Shown here: positions 24,931 through 37,628 of the stretch, piece after piece
Position numbering within the stretch: position 1 is the first letter of the stretch
How the letters are laid out: every line of letters begins with the position of its first letter
Assembly (NCBI RefSeq): GCF_048593235.1
Contig: NC_133619.1
Coordinates: forward strand, 494,911,644 to 494,956,576
DNA: 44,933 nucleotides
DNA from: Sminthopsis crassicaudata
Lineage: Eukaryota
Reading direction: 5' to 3'
Made by a program: the position numbers and the translations under genes
Notes under the pieces: model-generated
Seen by the model: the letters and a program-made list of their open reading frames with translations, nothing else
What the model was told of the DNA's origin: nothing
The model's database searches: none

Positions 24931-26835
24931 AGGAACTTGAGTGACTAAGAGGGTAGTGAGTACCTTTGGTAGAAAGATTGAGTGGGAGAGAGAGCTGAAA
25001 AAGGAGAAGAACGTGGATGGGAGGAAGAGAATGAATTACAAAGGTGATTTGGAAGGCTTTGTCTGTGTGAAAGCCAGAGGTGGAATTTAGAGAAGGGAAA
25101 TTTGCAAGGACATGAAGAGGACTTTTAGGACAAAATGGAGACAGAAAAGACTCAAATTGAAGAGAAGAAGGATTCAAGAAGAAAATTGAAGCTTTGGGAA
25201 CTAACTCCCCCACAGTCACAGTTAGAGGTCTGAGGGGAGATCCAAATATTAGGCTTTTGAGACCAAGTTCAACTGCTTGGGACTGGTAGATGGTACAATA
25301 GATACAGCACAAGGACTTAACATTAAGTAGCTGTGTGAGCCTGGGCAAGTCGTTTAACTTTGTTTTCCTCAGTTTCCTCATCTATAAAATAAGACGGAAG
25401 AGGAAAATGCAAGAAAAACCCAAATAGAGTTAGACATGACTGAAAGACTAGGAAACAATCCCTGCTCTACCTATTATAGTGCACTTCCATGTAACCATGG
25501 AAATAGGACTGATGAGATTGGATACCAAGTCTTGAGAACTCAAATACAAGTGTGAAGAGAGGGGTACACAGTAAAGATCCAATTACTGAAGGTTTTTAAA
25601 AGGAGAGTAACCTGGAAGCTAATCAGTCCCAGAAACAAGAACCTAGACAGGGTGATGATCATAATGGTGACCTAGTGAGATGCCAGAAAGGAGCAAAAAG
25701 AAGGACACGTCTTCCTTCTGGCCCCCTGTATCTGAGACATGGAAGGAGCAAGCCTTCAAGTTTCAAAGAGCCAGGTTTCCATGTGCATTAGGAAAATAGA
25801 AAGGAGAGGAGAAGGAGATGAGACTGAGCAGGAACCTCAAATAGCAGCACACAACAGAATGAAGGGAATGGGTAGAAAGAATGTGAATTATGGGGAAAAA
25901 CTGAGATGAACAGGAATAACAAATACTTGGAAGAAGGGATTTTTTTTAACCTCAATAGACAGCATTTCTGAATCAGAGCAATAAAGGGAGGAGGAAAAGT
26001 TTTCCAGCCACAGGACATGGAAAGAACCAATTGGGCAGGGCCTCCATCCTCCAGAATCCTGTGATGACTGATCATGGCATCAATGTGGGGGTCAAGGAAT
26101 CAGTTTCCAGGAAATGGTGCTTCCAAACTTGGGGGAAATGAAGGTGGAGGGGACAGCCAGATCTGGCCAGTGAACTGAGAAGACCTGATAATTAGATCCC
26201 TTGGGCCAAAATGAACTTACATTTGGTGCTGGCCCCATGATTTCATCTCAAGATGTCAAGGACTGAGTAACACAAGATACCCAGATTTAGGAATAATCAT
26301 TCAGCACTTTCTCTCTGAGATCCCAAAGGACAGGACTTCTAGCTCATTGGGTACCTCAGGCTCAGGACCTCTGCAGGTTGAGAGCCTTGAGCTAGGCCCT
26401 CCAGGGATGGAGAAGGAATTTCCTTTCCTACCATACTTTCTCCATTCTCACAATTAAAGGGTGGGAATGACTTTACCAAATTCAGAAATTCCCCCACCTC
26501 CAAGCTTCTTTGCCACATAGGAACTCTGAATCTAAATTCAGAAAGTGCTTCCACCTCCAGGTTTCCCATAAGATCATAGATCTAGAATAGTGAGGATACT
26601 CAGAAGACATCCAAGGTAAACCCCTCATTTCACAGATGAAAAGATTGAAGCCAGGAAAGTTTGAATGACCTGTGTGTATGGGTAGCAAGCTTTAGAAACA
26701 GGATGAGAACTCAGGTCTTTTTACTTTGGAAAGAAAGCTTATTTCACCAACTCATTTTATTCTTGCATTTGGTAGGAGAATAAAGTAAATGACTCCTAAA
26801 ACCCCTCTCACCTAGATCCAAAGATTTAAAAAAAA

Positions 26836-27157
26836 TTTTTTTTGAGATTTGATCTTCCTATCTCACCCAGGCTGGAAGTGCAATAACTACCGACAGGTCA
26901 AATACTACTGAGGATTATCAAGCAGAAGCCTCAAATAGCTCCATTTCTGCCCTGGCTGAGTTGTCTTCTCCTTAAGCATCCTGGTGCACTGGACCACTCT
27001 CCCCATCCACACCCCTTTTCTGAGGGCTCACTACACTTGGGTCAGACTTAGTGCCAACACCTGTAGCTTAGCCCGTAGCATCTGTAAACTCCCAAACTTG
27101 AGCTAGCCACCAGTTGCCACCTCTATAAGAGTAGAGATTACAGCTGTGACACCTGGA
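26836..27157 (-). mobile_element. 7SL (SRP) RNA-derived retroposon (P7SL-like / 7SL pseudogene)
   Basis: Poly-T, then colinear matches to reverse 7SL: gag...cccaggctggaagtgca...acagg...ctccatttc..cctgg...ctccttaagcatcctggtg...gacttagtg..acacc...aactcc...gattacagc. Both Alu and S domains are present. Confidence 0.88.
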
Positions 27158-27806
27158 TACAAAAAAGTTTTGGAAAACTTTTGTGGAACTTGAACATGGA
27201 TTTCTAGAATATAGTATCCTGTGAATACTGGTTGAAGAAATTAGCATTATGAAAAATCTAGAACTCAGTTCCTGTAGTTTAGTTGTTTCCCTTGAAGAAG
27301 TATCTTTATTCCGCTACAGGTAGACTTCAATTAACATATTTTCTAAGACCAAAGTTTTTGTTTTTTTTTTTAGGGTAGCACTCTGGGCCTGAAAGATTTG
27401 GTGAAATCCTACTCTTTTTAGTACTAGGAACCTGTCTCAGGACTAGATTTTTAATATGTAGGTCAGAGCTTGGATCAGTAGAAAATAGACTGATCTGCAT
27501 GCAATCTATATGCAGTTAAACACAGTCCCTCTCCTAGTACATTAATTCATTCAATATACATTTATTATGCACCTACTATATGCCAAGGACTATGTTAAGC
27601 ACTGGAGATATAAAAAGAGCTTACAATTTAATGGGGGAAACAACAGGTGTGTGTGCATATGAGTGCATATGCACATGAACATAATAAATAAGAATTTAAA
27701 AAGGGAAGACATTGGAATTTAAAGAAGTTAGCAAGGGCTACTAGAGAAGATGGGGTTTTTAGTTGAAACTAGAAGTCACAGTTCGCCTTGCATATAAAAC
27801 TGTATG

Positions 27807-27950
27807 CAGGCAAACCATGGACCTATTATAAGGTTGGTTCCATACTACCAAGGTAAATCACATGAATTTTGTCATCTCCCACTGTACATAAAAGCTATAT
27901 TTATACAATATTTTAGTCTATTAATTTTGAAGTATTGTGACTAAAAAAAT
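27807..27950 (+). mobile_element. Tigger1-like TcMar transposon 5' fragment
   Basis: caggcaaaccatggacctatt..ggttggttccatactacc...tcacatgaatttt...cataaaagctatattt...tagtctattaa...ctaaaaaaa is colinear with the Tigger1 5' end as I recall it. Confidence 0.7.
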
Positions 27951-28714
27951 TGCTAGTCACCATCTGAGCTAAGACTTCATTGCTGAGGGATGCGGAAGGG
28001 AACCTATATCCCTATGTAAGATGAAGACAAAATGGCACATGAAAGAGCACACGTTCTAGTGTCAAAGAATCTCAGTCCAACTTCTACCCTTTGATACTTA
28101 CTACCTATGGAACCTCTTACTTGACTTCTCTGGGTATCAGTTCCATCATCTATAAAATGAGTAGATTGGATTAAATGTCTTATTAAGTCTCTTCCAGCTC
28201 GAGAGCAATGATCTTATGAATTCTTCACATGATGATTGGACTGCCACTGAAGTCCAATTCTGATGCTCTAATAAATGGAGTGGAAATATCCCTAGGTCCT
28301 AATAGGACTCTATCATCGTACTGCAGGCTGGGAAAGACTCTAGCTTTGGGAAGGCTTTAAATATAGATGTGGATACCTGGAGTAGAGTTGTTGTCTGAGG
28401 ACAAGCCTAGCAAAGCTCAATGGAGTTCATAATTATGCTGGCCAAAAAGTGATGAATTTTTCAACCTACACAAGTCTCCCAGACTTCATTTAAGTTACAG
28501 AGAGGGTACAGTCTACATCTATGAGGAAAGAACACTGGACTAAGGAAATCACGGGTTCTTGAAGTATCGAGTCAAATCAACAAACATTATTAAGCATCTG
28601 TTATGTCATATTTAATGGAAAAGACAACATACAAATGACCACGTGCACACAAGATACACAGGATAAATTGGGAGTAAATTCAGAGGAAAGATTAAGACTA
28701 AGGAGGACTAGGAA

Positions 28715-29062
28715 TGTGTAAAGGGCTGAAACTCTTGAGTTAATGCACTGAGCTTGGAACAATAGAGCACTTAAAGCTAATTACCGATTGGACAATACTC
28801 TATAACAATATGCTTGGAACATGGCCCTTCCCACTGTCCTGTGCTGGTCCAATCGTTTGGTGTATACAGAGAATTGTGGGAGGGACTAGGGGGTAGAGGG
28901 AGACTAGGCAGGGTCACTTCTGGGCTGGAGACTAAGAGGTGAGGTCACAGAGATCCTGCATCCATCCCCTTGACTTCTACTGCTAAAGACCAAGAATAAA
29001 GACTTGCTTATTCTGACTCCGCCTGATTCTAAGGTATCCAGGGTGCTAATGCAATCATCACA
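28715..29062 (+). mobile_element. Solo ERV LTR (~350 bp)
   Basis: TG...CA termini; TSD ggaa/ggaa (or ggaatg/ggaata if the start is 28717); CCAAT boxes; AATAAA 28995-29000; interrupts a reverse L2 relic. Confidence 0.85.
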
Positions 29063-30614
29063 GGAATAACTTTTTGCAAAAGGTGGGACTTTGATGAAAC
29101 ACAAAAGAAACCAGAGAAGCTAGAAGGACAAGGATGAAGAGTACCACAGACATGGAGCATTTAGTGAAATGTCGGTGAAAATGACTGGAGCTGGGAGTTG
29201 CTCTTTCTCTACCTCATGTTTGAAGAAAACCAAAGAACAAAAGACATGAATGGGAGTAAAATTGTAAGAAGAGTAGAAAACTAGGAAAGGATCAGCTTAG
29301 AAGAGCTTTTATATTGATCCTGGAGGCAAGCCAATAACAAATTATCATGCAAATTTCATCATCTCCATATTCATAGATAAGGAAGATCAGAGTGCTCAAG
29401 TGATTCACCCAGGATCCCATAGTTAATAAATTTCAGAGGCAGGAATTGAACTCAGAGCTTCTAACTCCAAAAACAATAACTTTTCTCTTATACCATGCTA
29501 CTGAAGGCTCTAACCATAAAGAATGCCATTAAAGTTTATACTCTTCCTCGGTAGAGATCTAATTATAGAGAAAAAGATTTGGATATGGAGATTCTTGATG
29601 GAAATAAAACAGAAGATCAACTCTCAATTATCTGTGCTAACAAAGTAAAAAAGAGATATGGATTATAGATAATCCAAAAACAATTGCTTTTTGGCTTTGA
29701 TTTTGGAGTATAACCAGATGCATATTCAGAAACATATGCACACAAGAGAGAAATTCACTGATCTTTCTAAGACCCAGTCCCAATCTCTTCTGCCTTGAGT
29801 CTACTATTACTGAAGCAAAGTAACTTGTATAATTTATGGGGTAGATAGCTATAGTATAAAGGGAATAAATTTATTTAATCCCCCATTTTCAGACTTATTC
29901 CAATGGACTCCCTTTGCCCATTAATGCAGTCACAACTTGGCAAGTTGGGTGGAACAGAGCACTGCACATCTTCCAGTGCCCCAAACCTTGCATTCCATCC
30001 CTAAATCCAGTGGCAGTAGGGCCAGGGAGTGAGATTAAGTCTGAGGCAATGAGTATATTTCACATGGTTCCCTTGGGGCCATTTGCTAAGATGCCAACAA
30101 GGCTGATGTCATCAACAGCTTAAAGGGTACATGAGAAAGCAGTCTGAGCCAAAGGAAAGCAAATCCTAATCGAGGGAATGCTAGGCAATGGAGATAAGTC
30201 AGGGCCAGAAGCAAACCATTCTTGAATAAGCAAAGGAAAGTCACAACCAGAATTTGGTCAGTGGTTGGTTGGATCACATTAGGGACAGCAGAGACCTGGA
30301 GAGCAAATGAACTCACAAGTTCATTAGCAAGACTAATCATCAGGAGAGATTTAGCATTGAGAAATATCCAGAAGTGCAAGAAAGCAAGCGATCCATGTCA
30401 GGGAGGTCTGTTGGGTCATAGCATCAGGGAGTCCTCCTCGTAATCAACTGACTGAAGTCCCAACAAGTGAGCAGTCAGCACTGGGGAGGTCTAGTTTCAG
30501 ATTCAGGTCCACCACGGGTAGGACTGCCAGGGACTGGCTCAAGGGTCTGAATTGAAATCCAGGACAAAATATCTTCCTAGATCTTGAACTGGAAAAGACT
30601 TTAGAGTCTGGTCT

Positions 30615-31159
30615 AGAGGTTTCTTAACCTAAGGTTTATAGACTTCTCAGGGGTTTGCTGTTGTTTAGTCATATTTTAATCATGTCTGACTCTGCGTGAC
30701 CCCATTTGGGGTTTTCTTGGCAAAATTATTGGAGTGCTTTACCATTTCCTTCTCCAGTTCAGTTTACAGATGAGAAAACTAAGGCGAATAGGAATAAGTG
30801 ACTTGCAGAGGGTTCACAGAGCCAGTAAGATTATATAGTTAGATTTGGACTCTGGAAAATGAATTTTTCTGACTCCAATAGAGTCAGAAATGAATTTTTC
30901 TGACTCAGTACTCTACCCACTGCCCATTCATGGGGCATGTGGTTAGATTTCAAGGAGCTATGAACTTGGAAGGGAAAGAAAAAAATATATATATCTTTAT
31001 TTTCATTCTTAATTGAAATTTAGCATTTCCTTCCATTATGGTTTGTTTGTGTTTATATTTGTTTGGGTTTTTTTATTATTATTATTCTGAAAAGGGGCTT
31101 ATAACCTTTACCAGACTGCAGAAGGAATTCACGACACAATGAAAGGTTAAGAGTCCCTG
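30615..31159. mobile_element. hAT MITE interrupted by a reverse Mar1-like SINE (~30654-30930)
   Basis: Terminal inverted repeats sharing tcttaacct / aggttaaga; internal SINE with gttttcttggcaaa...tttacagatgagaaaact. Confidence 0.75.
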
Positions 31160-31573
31160 ATATAATTCAATCTCCTCTTTTCACAGATGAGGAAACGGAG
31201 AGTTAGGAAGCTTAATGACAGTCACACAGGTAATAATCATCAGAGTTGGTATTTAAACCCAAGCAATCTGACTCCAGAACTAATTTCTTTCCTACCTCAT
31301 TCCCAGATTCTGTATTTGTAGTTTTTAAGTCACATTAACAACCCACACATCCTGCTCCTGGGAGGCTGGCACTGGTGATGCTTTTGACTTTGAGAATTCT
31401 GAGCTACAGCAAACCTAAAGCCCACAGGGAGGTGGGGGTCAGCAGTATGACTAGGGAGGGGGTCAACTCTCCCAGGGTATGAAAAAGGAGGAGACCAAAG
31501 CTTGTGGACCTATCTGTGGTGAGTTAGCCAAAAAAACAAAAAAAAAAACAAAAAAAAAAAAAAAAAAAAAAAG

Positions 31574-31802
31574 GGAGCTAGGCTTGAGGGCAGATCTGGA
31601 GTCAGAAAGATCTGTTCAAATCCAGCCTCAGACACTGTCAAGCTGTGTGACACTGGGCCAGTCACTTAACGCTGTTTGCCTCAGTTTACTCATCTGTAAA
31701 ATAGGCTGGAGAAGAAAATGGCAAACTACTCTAGTATCTTTGCCAAGAAAATCCCAAATAGGGGCATGAAGAGTAGGACACTGAAAGTGACTGGACAACA
31801 AG
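31574..31802 (+). mobile_element. Mar1-like SINE
   Basis: tRNA head, CORE and tail ggagaagaaaatggcaaactactctagtatctttgccaagaaaatccc. Confidence 0.8.
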
Positions 31803-32003
31803 ATTAGGCCAGGAATACAAAGATAAAGAATTAAACAATCTCTGCCTTCAGGAAGCTTAAATACTGCTGGGTTTGTTGTCTTAGAAAGCCTTCTGCAGCA
31901 CTGAGAAATGACTTGACCGGGGTCATATAGCCAACATGTGTCAGAAGTAGGACTTGAAACACAGTGCTTCTGACATAAAGGACTGGGCCTGTGTCCTCTA
32001 CAC

Positions 32004-32368
32004 CAGGACGTCTTAAAACTTTTTTCTACTCACAGCCCCTTTTTGCCCACGAAATTTTTATTCATCCTGAGTTATATAGATTTGTAAAACAAGTATTCAA
32101 CTCAAATATTTGCTGATAATAAATCATAAACAAATTTATTTCAATGTAATTCTTTCGTATATTTTTGGTATTATAATGGTATAATTTTAGCATTTATTTA
32201 AAAAGGAAACACATTTTCATACTAATGAGATAGATGCACTTGTTTATTTTTATATAATTAAATTTTGGTGGTATATTTGATATTTTTTACTGTTGTCAAA
32301 TTTTTCACGACCTCCCACATTGCATTATGTGACCCCACAGGAGGTTACCCACAGCTTAAGAAGCTTTA
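32004..32368. mobile_element. Second hAT-Charlie-type MITE family
   Basis: Termini caggacgtcttaaaact / cagcttaagaagcttt; flanks ctctacac / gtctatat resemble a decayed 8-bp NTCTAGAN-type TSD. Confidence 0.7.
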
Positions 32369-34587
32369 GTCTATATTATGCTGCTTCTCTCAACAGATAT
32401 TTGTGAATCAAAAAACAAAGCCAGTGGCAGTGAGATGGGACAAGAATTAAGAGCTAGTTTAGGACCCCTTAGCATCTACCTGCCCAGGAATTGGGTGGGT
32501 GCCATCATCTGGGTCAGAGAGGAACCTGTAGGCATGAGTTAAGGGCTTCAAAGATTGGAGGGTTTTAGGGAAAGAAAAATAAACAGGGTATGGCTGATTC
32601 AGAAAGGAAAAAACGGGATAGTTAACCTTTTCTCTGAAAATCTGGGGGGACAAAGAAAAGGAAACAGTGTTAGACTGAACAACTGTAAATTAACCCCAGG
32701 AAGCAATGGCACTATGGAGTTTTGCCTGCTTTAGGGAACTCATCCAATTCTAGACATAGCTACATCAATGATCAATGGAGACTCTGAACACACTGAACTG
32801 GGCAGCTCTCTGAGTCATTGTGGAGGGTCTCTGAAAGCTAATGGATGGAGAGACCAGATGATGGGTGGCCTAACTCTACAAGGGGAAAATGTGGGAGCTG
32901 TAAACTGTCACACATTGGAGGGAAAACCAGCTCAAGTCCAACTTTCCTCTCTGCCAGCAAGTTATTTAACTCACTAAACCTCCTCTGAATAGCAGCTGCT
33001 GATGGTCCAACTATGGAAAAGGGAAAATCAGGTTTCTCGTTGTGGGACCTTTGTCAGTTTCACTCTGGACCCCACAGTCTGTTCCAGTGGATCAAGGCTA
33101 CTCATGTGCTACCCCAAGTTACGAGGCTCTAGGGATCCTCTAGGCTCCAGTCAGAATCAAAATTAATGAATTAAAACTGTTCTTTGAATCTTCCTAAAGG
33201 CCCATTCATTTAAAACAAATCAGGAAAACCAAAAAAAAAAAAAGGAGCTTTGAATTAATATGTTCCCCCTAAAATGAGCAAATATTATTAATAGAGAACA
33301 ACAGAACATCTGGTGAAGGTAGGGGAAGGAGTTACTTGTAATTAAGCACTGTTTTGAATAAGCCAATATCAAATTTAACAAGATTTTGCTATCTTGGCAA
33401 GATCATTATTATCCTCACAATCATTAATAAGAAAGTACGTCATCTATGTACGTTCACTCAAGAGATAAGGCTTCTTTCTTCCAAGGAGCTCAGGTATCTT
33501 TACAAACAATCACTATGTGTCCTCCGTCTGGCACTGATAAATTTGAGACAGAAGCAACATACGGAGTTGAGGAGTTGAAAAAACTTTTCTCATAAAACTA
33601 CCAAAGTGCCAAAGGCCCCGTTCCCTAAATCACCCTGTTCTCATATCTGAGTAACAGCTTCCCATCATTGTTCTTCCTTCATCCTATTTACCATTTAAGA
33701 AGAACATTAGTACTCAATACATATTATTATATATTATTATTAATATACATTATTAATATATACACATATTCACTCATCAGTCATAGCTAAAACTACAGCC
33801 AGACAAGCCAGGATCCATCAAGGCATATTCCATCTCTCTCCTCCAAATATATTCACTGGATTTTCTCACTCAATTCCCTCCAAAATCCCAAGGTGTTTCT
33901 TGAAGTTCTTTCATAGAGTTCAGCAAGTTTCATCCAAGCTGAAGGATGACTCTGGAGGGGAAAGTGAGGCAGGAGAGCTTGCATAGCCCTCCCTCACTTA
34001 AATCCAATTCACTTGCCTGTCATAGAACCACCTCCCTGATGTCATGGTCCTCTTCCAGAGCAACAACAGATAAGTCTAAGGTAAATATAAATAAACAGAC
34101 AAGGTTAAATATAGAACCAGGCTCTCTTTTGCTCTTTCCTCTCTTGCATAATCTGCTTCTTCATAGCATATTCTCAAAATGTGATTTTAAATTCAGTTTT
34201 TCTCTTTTTGAAGACAGCACCCTTTGTAAAAATACAGGGAAGAAAGAAATAAGGGCTTAAATAGAGTAGAAAATTCCCAAGTGTCAAAATACCAATTGGC
34301 TAAGCAGACAACCCAAGGAAGAAAATATTTAGAGAGAATAACTTCACCATGTCTTATGGTTCAGGAAACAGGTACATCCAGGCAAATAGCACCTGCAGAT
34401 AATTCCTTAAATGGGCCAGCCACACAAGGCTCCAAGTTCTAATCTTTCCTCTCCATTGGCCCTTTTCTAACCATTCCTATTGTTTTAAGGGACTTCTACT
34501 TTCCATGACCCTTCAGCCCCTCTTTCAGCTATGAAAAAAATGCGTTCCCCTCAGCCTTCTTATTGATAAGTAAGTAAATAGCCTCTT

Positions 34588-35862
34588 CATTTACTAGCTA
34601 TATGGTCTTGAGTAAGCCCCTTCATCTCTCAGATCTTCACTTTCCTTACCTGTAAAAGACGGTCAATCTTATTTGGAGATAGTAATATCATATTACGATA
34701 TATAAAAAGTTTGAAAAACATACTCTCTGGGTAATCATTTTATTAATTATGGTAGCAGATAATTAATTAAAAGGTTCAATGACATTCGGGAATGTCAAAG
34801 ACCTTCATGGAACCCACTCATTGCTTCTATGCATTGGAACAGTGGATGTTCCATTGGAAGGTGGCAATCAGTTCTGATTGGTTAACAATTAGTAAGAAGA
34901 ATGAATATACAATGAGAGGTAAACTTATGCTAATAAGCGACTAAGAGTAATGCTCCCTCTCAGACCACCCTCAGCTTTAGGCAAATTAGACAAAGGATCT
35001 AACCCCACTCAAGCCTGAGTAGAATAAAATAGATTTACTCACTTGGATGGAGTCTGAATAAGATTGGGGAGAAAGTTTATTTAATCTCATTATCAGCAAT
35101 GCCCTTCAGAAGTTAGTTTGGGCAAATAGAGGATGAGGTTCTAAAAAAGGGGAATAACCTGGATCTACTGAATAATTGGTTATTTAATAATTATTTTTCT
35201 CAATAGGTACCTACATTGAAGAGTTGTTGTGAGACTCAAAAGAAAAAGGTATATGTAAAGTGCTTTGCAAACCTGAAAACCTTACAGAAACATCAATTAT
35301 CTTCAAGGAGATGATGACCTTGCCTTTAAAAAAAGGGAATAATTAAAGTTCAATTAGTGTGGCATTAACTGGAAACACAATGGGAATTAGATGAAGGCTT
35401 CATTTTAAGGGCAGAGGGTGAGCTGAGCTTCTTGATACTGGACACAAATTTACTATTCCTGTACAACCAGGGAATCCTTTCTCCTCTCCTGGTATCCTGG
35501 TATACATATATATTCAAATCTTTTTATTTTTGAAAATTAAAAAAAAAAGCAATTGAATTGGGAATCAGAACACCTGTATTTGAGTTCTGGCTTCTCCATT
35601 TACTAGTTATACAATCTGAGTGACTCCCTTCATCTCTCAGGTCTTCACTTTCTTTACCTATAAAATAGAATTAAGCTTACCCAGAGACAGAGATATATCA
35701 TAGACCTACTTTGAAGGGTTATTGTGGAGCTCAAATGAAATAATATATGAAAGTGCTTTGCAAACCTGAAAGCCTTATATGAATATCACCTATCATCAAG
35801 GAGATGACTGCCTTAACTGAAAAAAGACTAAATTATGTGGAAACATAATTAACTGGAAACAC
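34588..35862 (+). repeat. Local direct duplication of a ~266-bp MIR-containing unit (34588-35378 minus the LTR; 35597-35862)
   Basis: Shared blocks catttactag, cccttcatctctcag, tcaaggagatga and ttaactggaaacac; the last two lie beyond the MIR consensus. Confidence 0.8.
34683..35202 (+). mobile_element. Solo LTR (ERV1-like, 520 bp)
   Basis: 4-bp TSD atag (34679-34682 / 35203-35206), 3' CA end, 5' TA instead of TG, ATTGG 34877, AATAAA 35023-35028; splits a MIR-containing unit. Confidence 0.65.
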
Positions 35863-37084
35863 TAAGAAGATCAGAGAAAACCAGGTGAAGTGAGAGTAGG
35901 AACTTGAAAGATGAGGAGGAAAAGATAAGCAGGAGGGTGGAGACTGAGCCTAAAGCTAAGAGGTAGAAACAAGCATGGAGGAGAGAACTGCAGGCAATCC
36001 TGCCTCAGCAAAAGGTGTGTTGGGTGGAGTGGGGAAAGTGGCTGGATACCTGGGATGGAGCCAGGTAATAGAAGCCTGGAAAGCTAAGCAAAGGAGTTTG
36101 GATTTGCTTTAGGGAGCCATTGTATGCTTTTAAGTATGGGACCTGATGAAATCTGTGTGTCAGGAAAATCCAGGGCAACTGAAGGCAGACTTTGCTTTTC
36201 TGTTCCATCCTGTTTTAGGACGATGGCTTAGGGAAGCAACCTACTGAGAGCAGCCCATGAATCATCCCTATAGGTGCTACTACAAGAAGAAAGCAAATTC
36301 AAAACTCCAAATCTAGGAATTCTAGTTTTCCCCATCATTGCCCCAGCAAAGTTGGTAGCTAACTTTCCCCTCCTCATAATGCCCCCTCCCCCCAAACAGG
36401 GATATTACACAAACACACACATCGTATACATACATAGCAACCATTGACCTTTTGTAACGTTTTCCCCCTTTAGAGCTGCCTTTCTTATTCTTTTTTGAAT
36501 ACATATTATATTATTTCATCTGGATTAATATATATAAATATAAATATATATGGAAGCAAGGTTTGGTCATAACCTTGAGCTCTCAAGATCACCCCTAGGA
36601 AGAAAAAATCTGACAGGAGGATGGATTGGGGTTAAGGGAGCGGGAAGAAGACTGAGAAAGGCATGTCATGGGATGACAGTTGTAGAACTGAGATCTTAAA
36701 AGCCAAGTCCAGCCCCAAATTAGAGAACCGAGGTGCAGAATTTCTTCATCTGTAAAACGATGGGGTTGAAGTCTGTTCTAGTAACCATATGCAAGGACCT
36801 GAAAGGATCAGACAAAGCAGTTTTATTGGGAACAAAGGGGAAAAGCTCAATCCAAATGGCATTTTAAAAGAGAATGACAGGATGAGAAAAGGGTTAACAT
36901 AATAAGTAATAAATCTTCACAGATCACATAATTTTAGAGCTGGAAAACAAATGGCATGTGTAAGAAGCATTAAGATGATAGATTCCATGACCTGTAAGGT
37001 CCTTTACCATTCTAAATTAATGATTCTATGATCCTTTTAGGAGATCATTGTACAAGGTAATAACAAGATTATACCATGATCAGT

Positions 37085-37488
37085 TCTGATGAACCTGGCC
37101 CTTTTCAACAATGAGTTGATTCAGGCCAGTTCCAATGACCTTGTGATAAGGAGAGCCATCTGCATCCATAGACTGTGGGAACTGAGTGTGGATCACAATA
37201 TAGTATTTTCACCTTTTTTGTTGTTTGCTTCCTTTTTGTTTTCTTTCTCATTTTTGTTTTCCTTTTTTATTTGATTTTTCTTATGCAGTTTGATAATTGT
37301 GGAAATATGTTTAGAAGTACTGCACATATTTAACATATATTGGATTACTTGTGCCTAGGGGAAGGGAGTAGGGGGAAGAGAGGGGGAAAAAAATTTGGAA
37401 CACAAGGTTTTGCAAGGGTGAATGTTGAAAACTATCTTTGCATGTAATTTAAAAATAAAGAGGCTATTATTAAAAAAAAAAAAAAAAA
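37085..37488 (+). mobile_element. L1 3'UTR fragment with poly-A
   Basis: Homologous to the 3'UTR of the 2988-5126 L1 (ttttcaacaatgag...cagttccaat...ttttgcaagggt..atgttgaaaa) and ends in an A run. Confidence 0.88.
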
Positions 37489-37628
37489 GGAATAGGAAAA
37501 GAACTATGCTCTTTGCAGTAGAATTTGAATGCTTAGCAGTTTATCTTAAAGAAGAATCCCACTGTCTAGCCAGTAATTTTTTTTCCCAGGTAATTTTCAG
37601 GATCTTTCTAAGACAGTTCAAATGAAAA

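Noticed and set aside
26105-26113. STAT GAS site TTCCAGGAA, with a near-kB site at ~26485
   Set aside because: Isolated short motifs are expected by chance in 45 kb.
27785-27812. Small hairpin gccttgcata...tatgcaggc
   Set aside because: Too short for a pre-miRNA, and one arm is the Tigger terminus.
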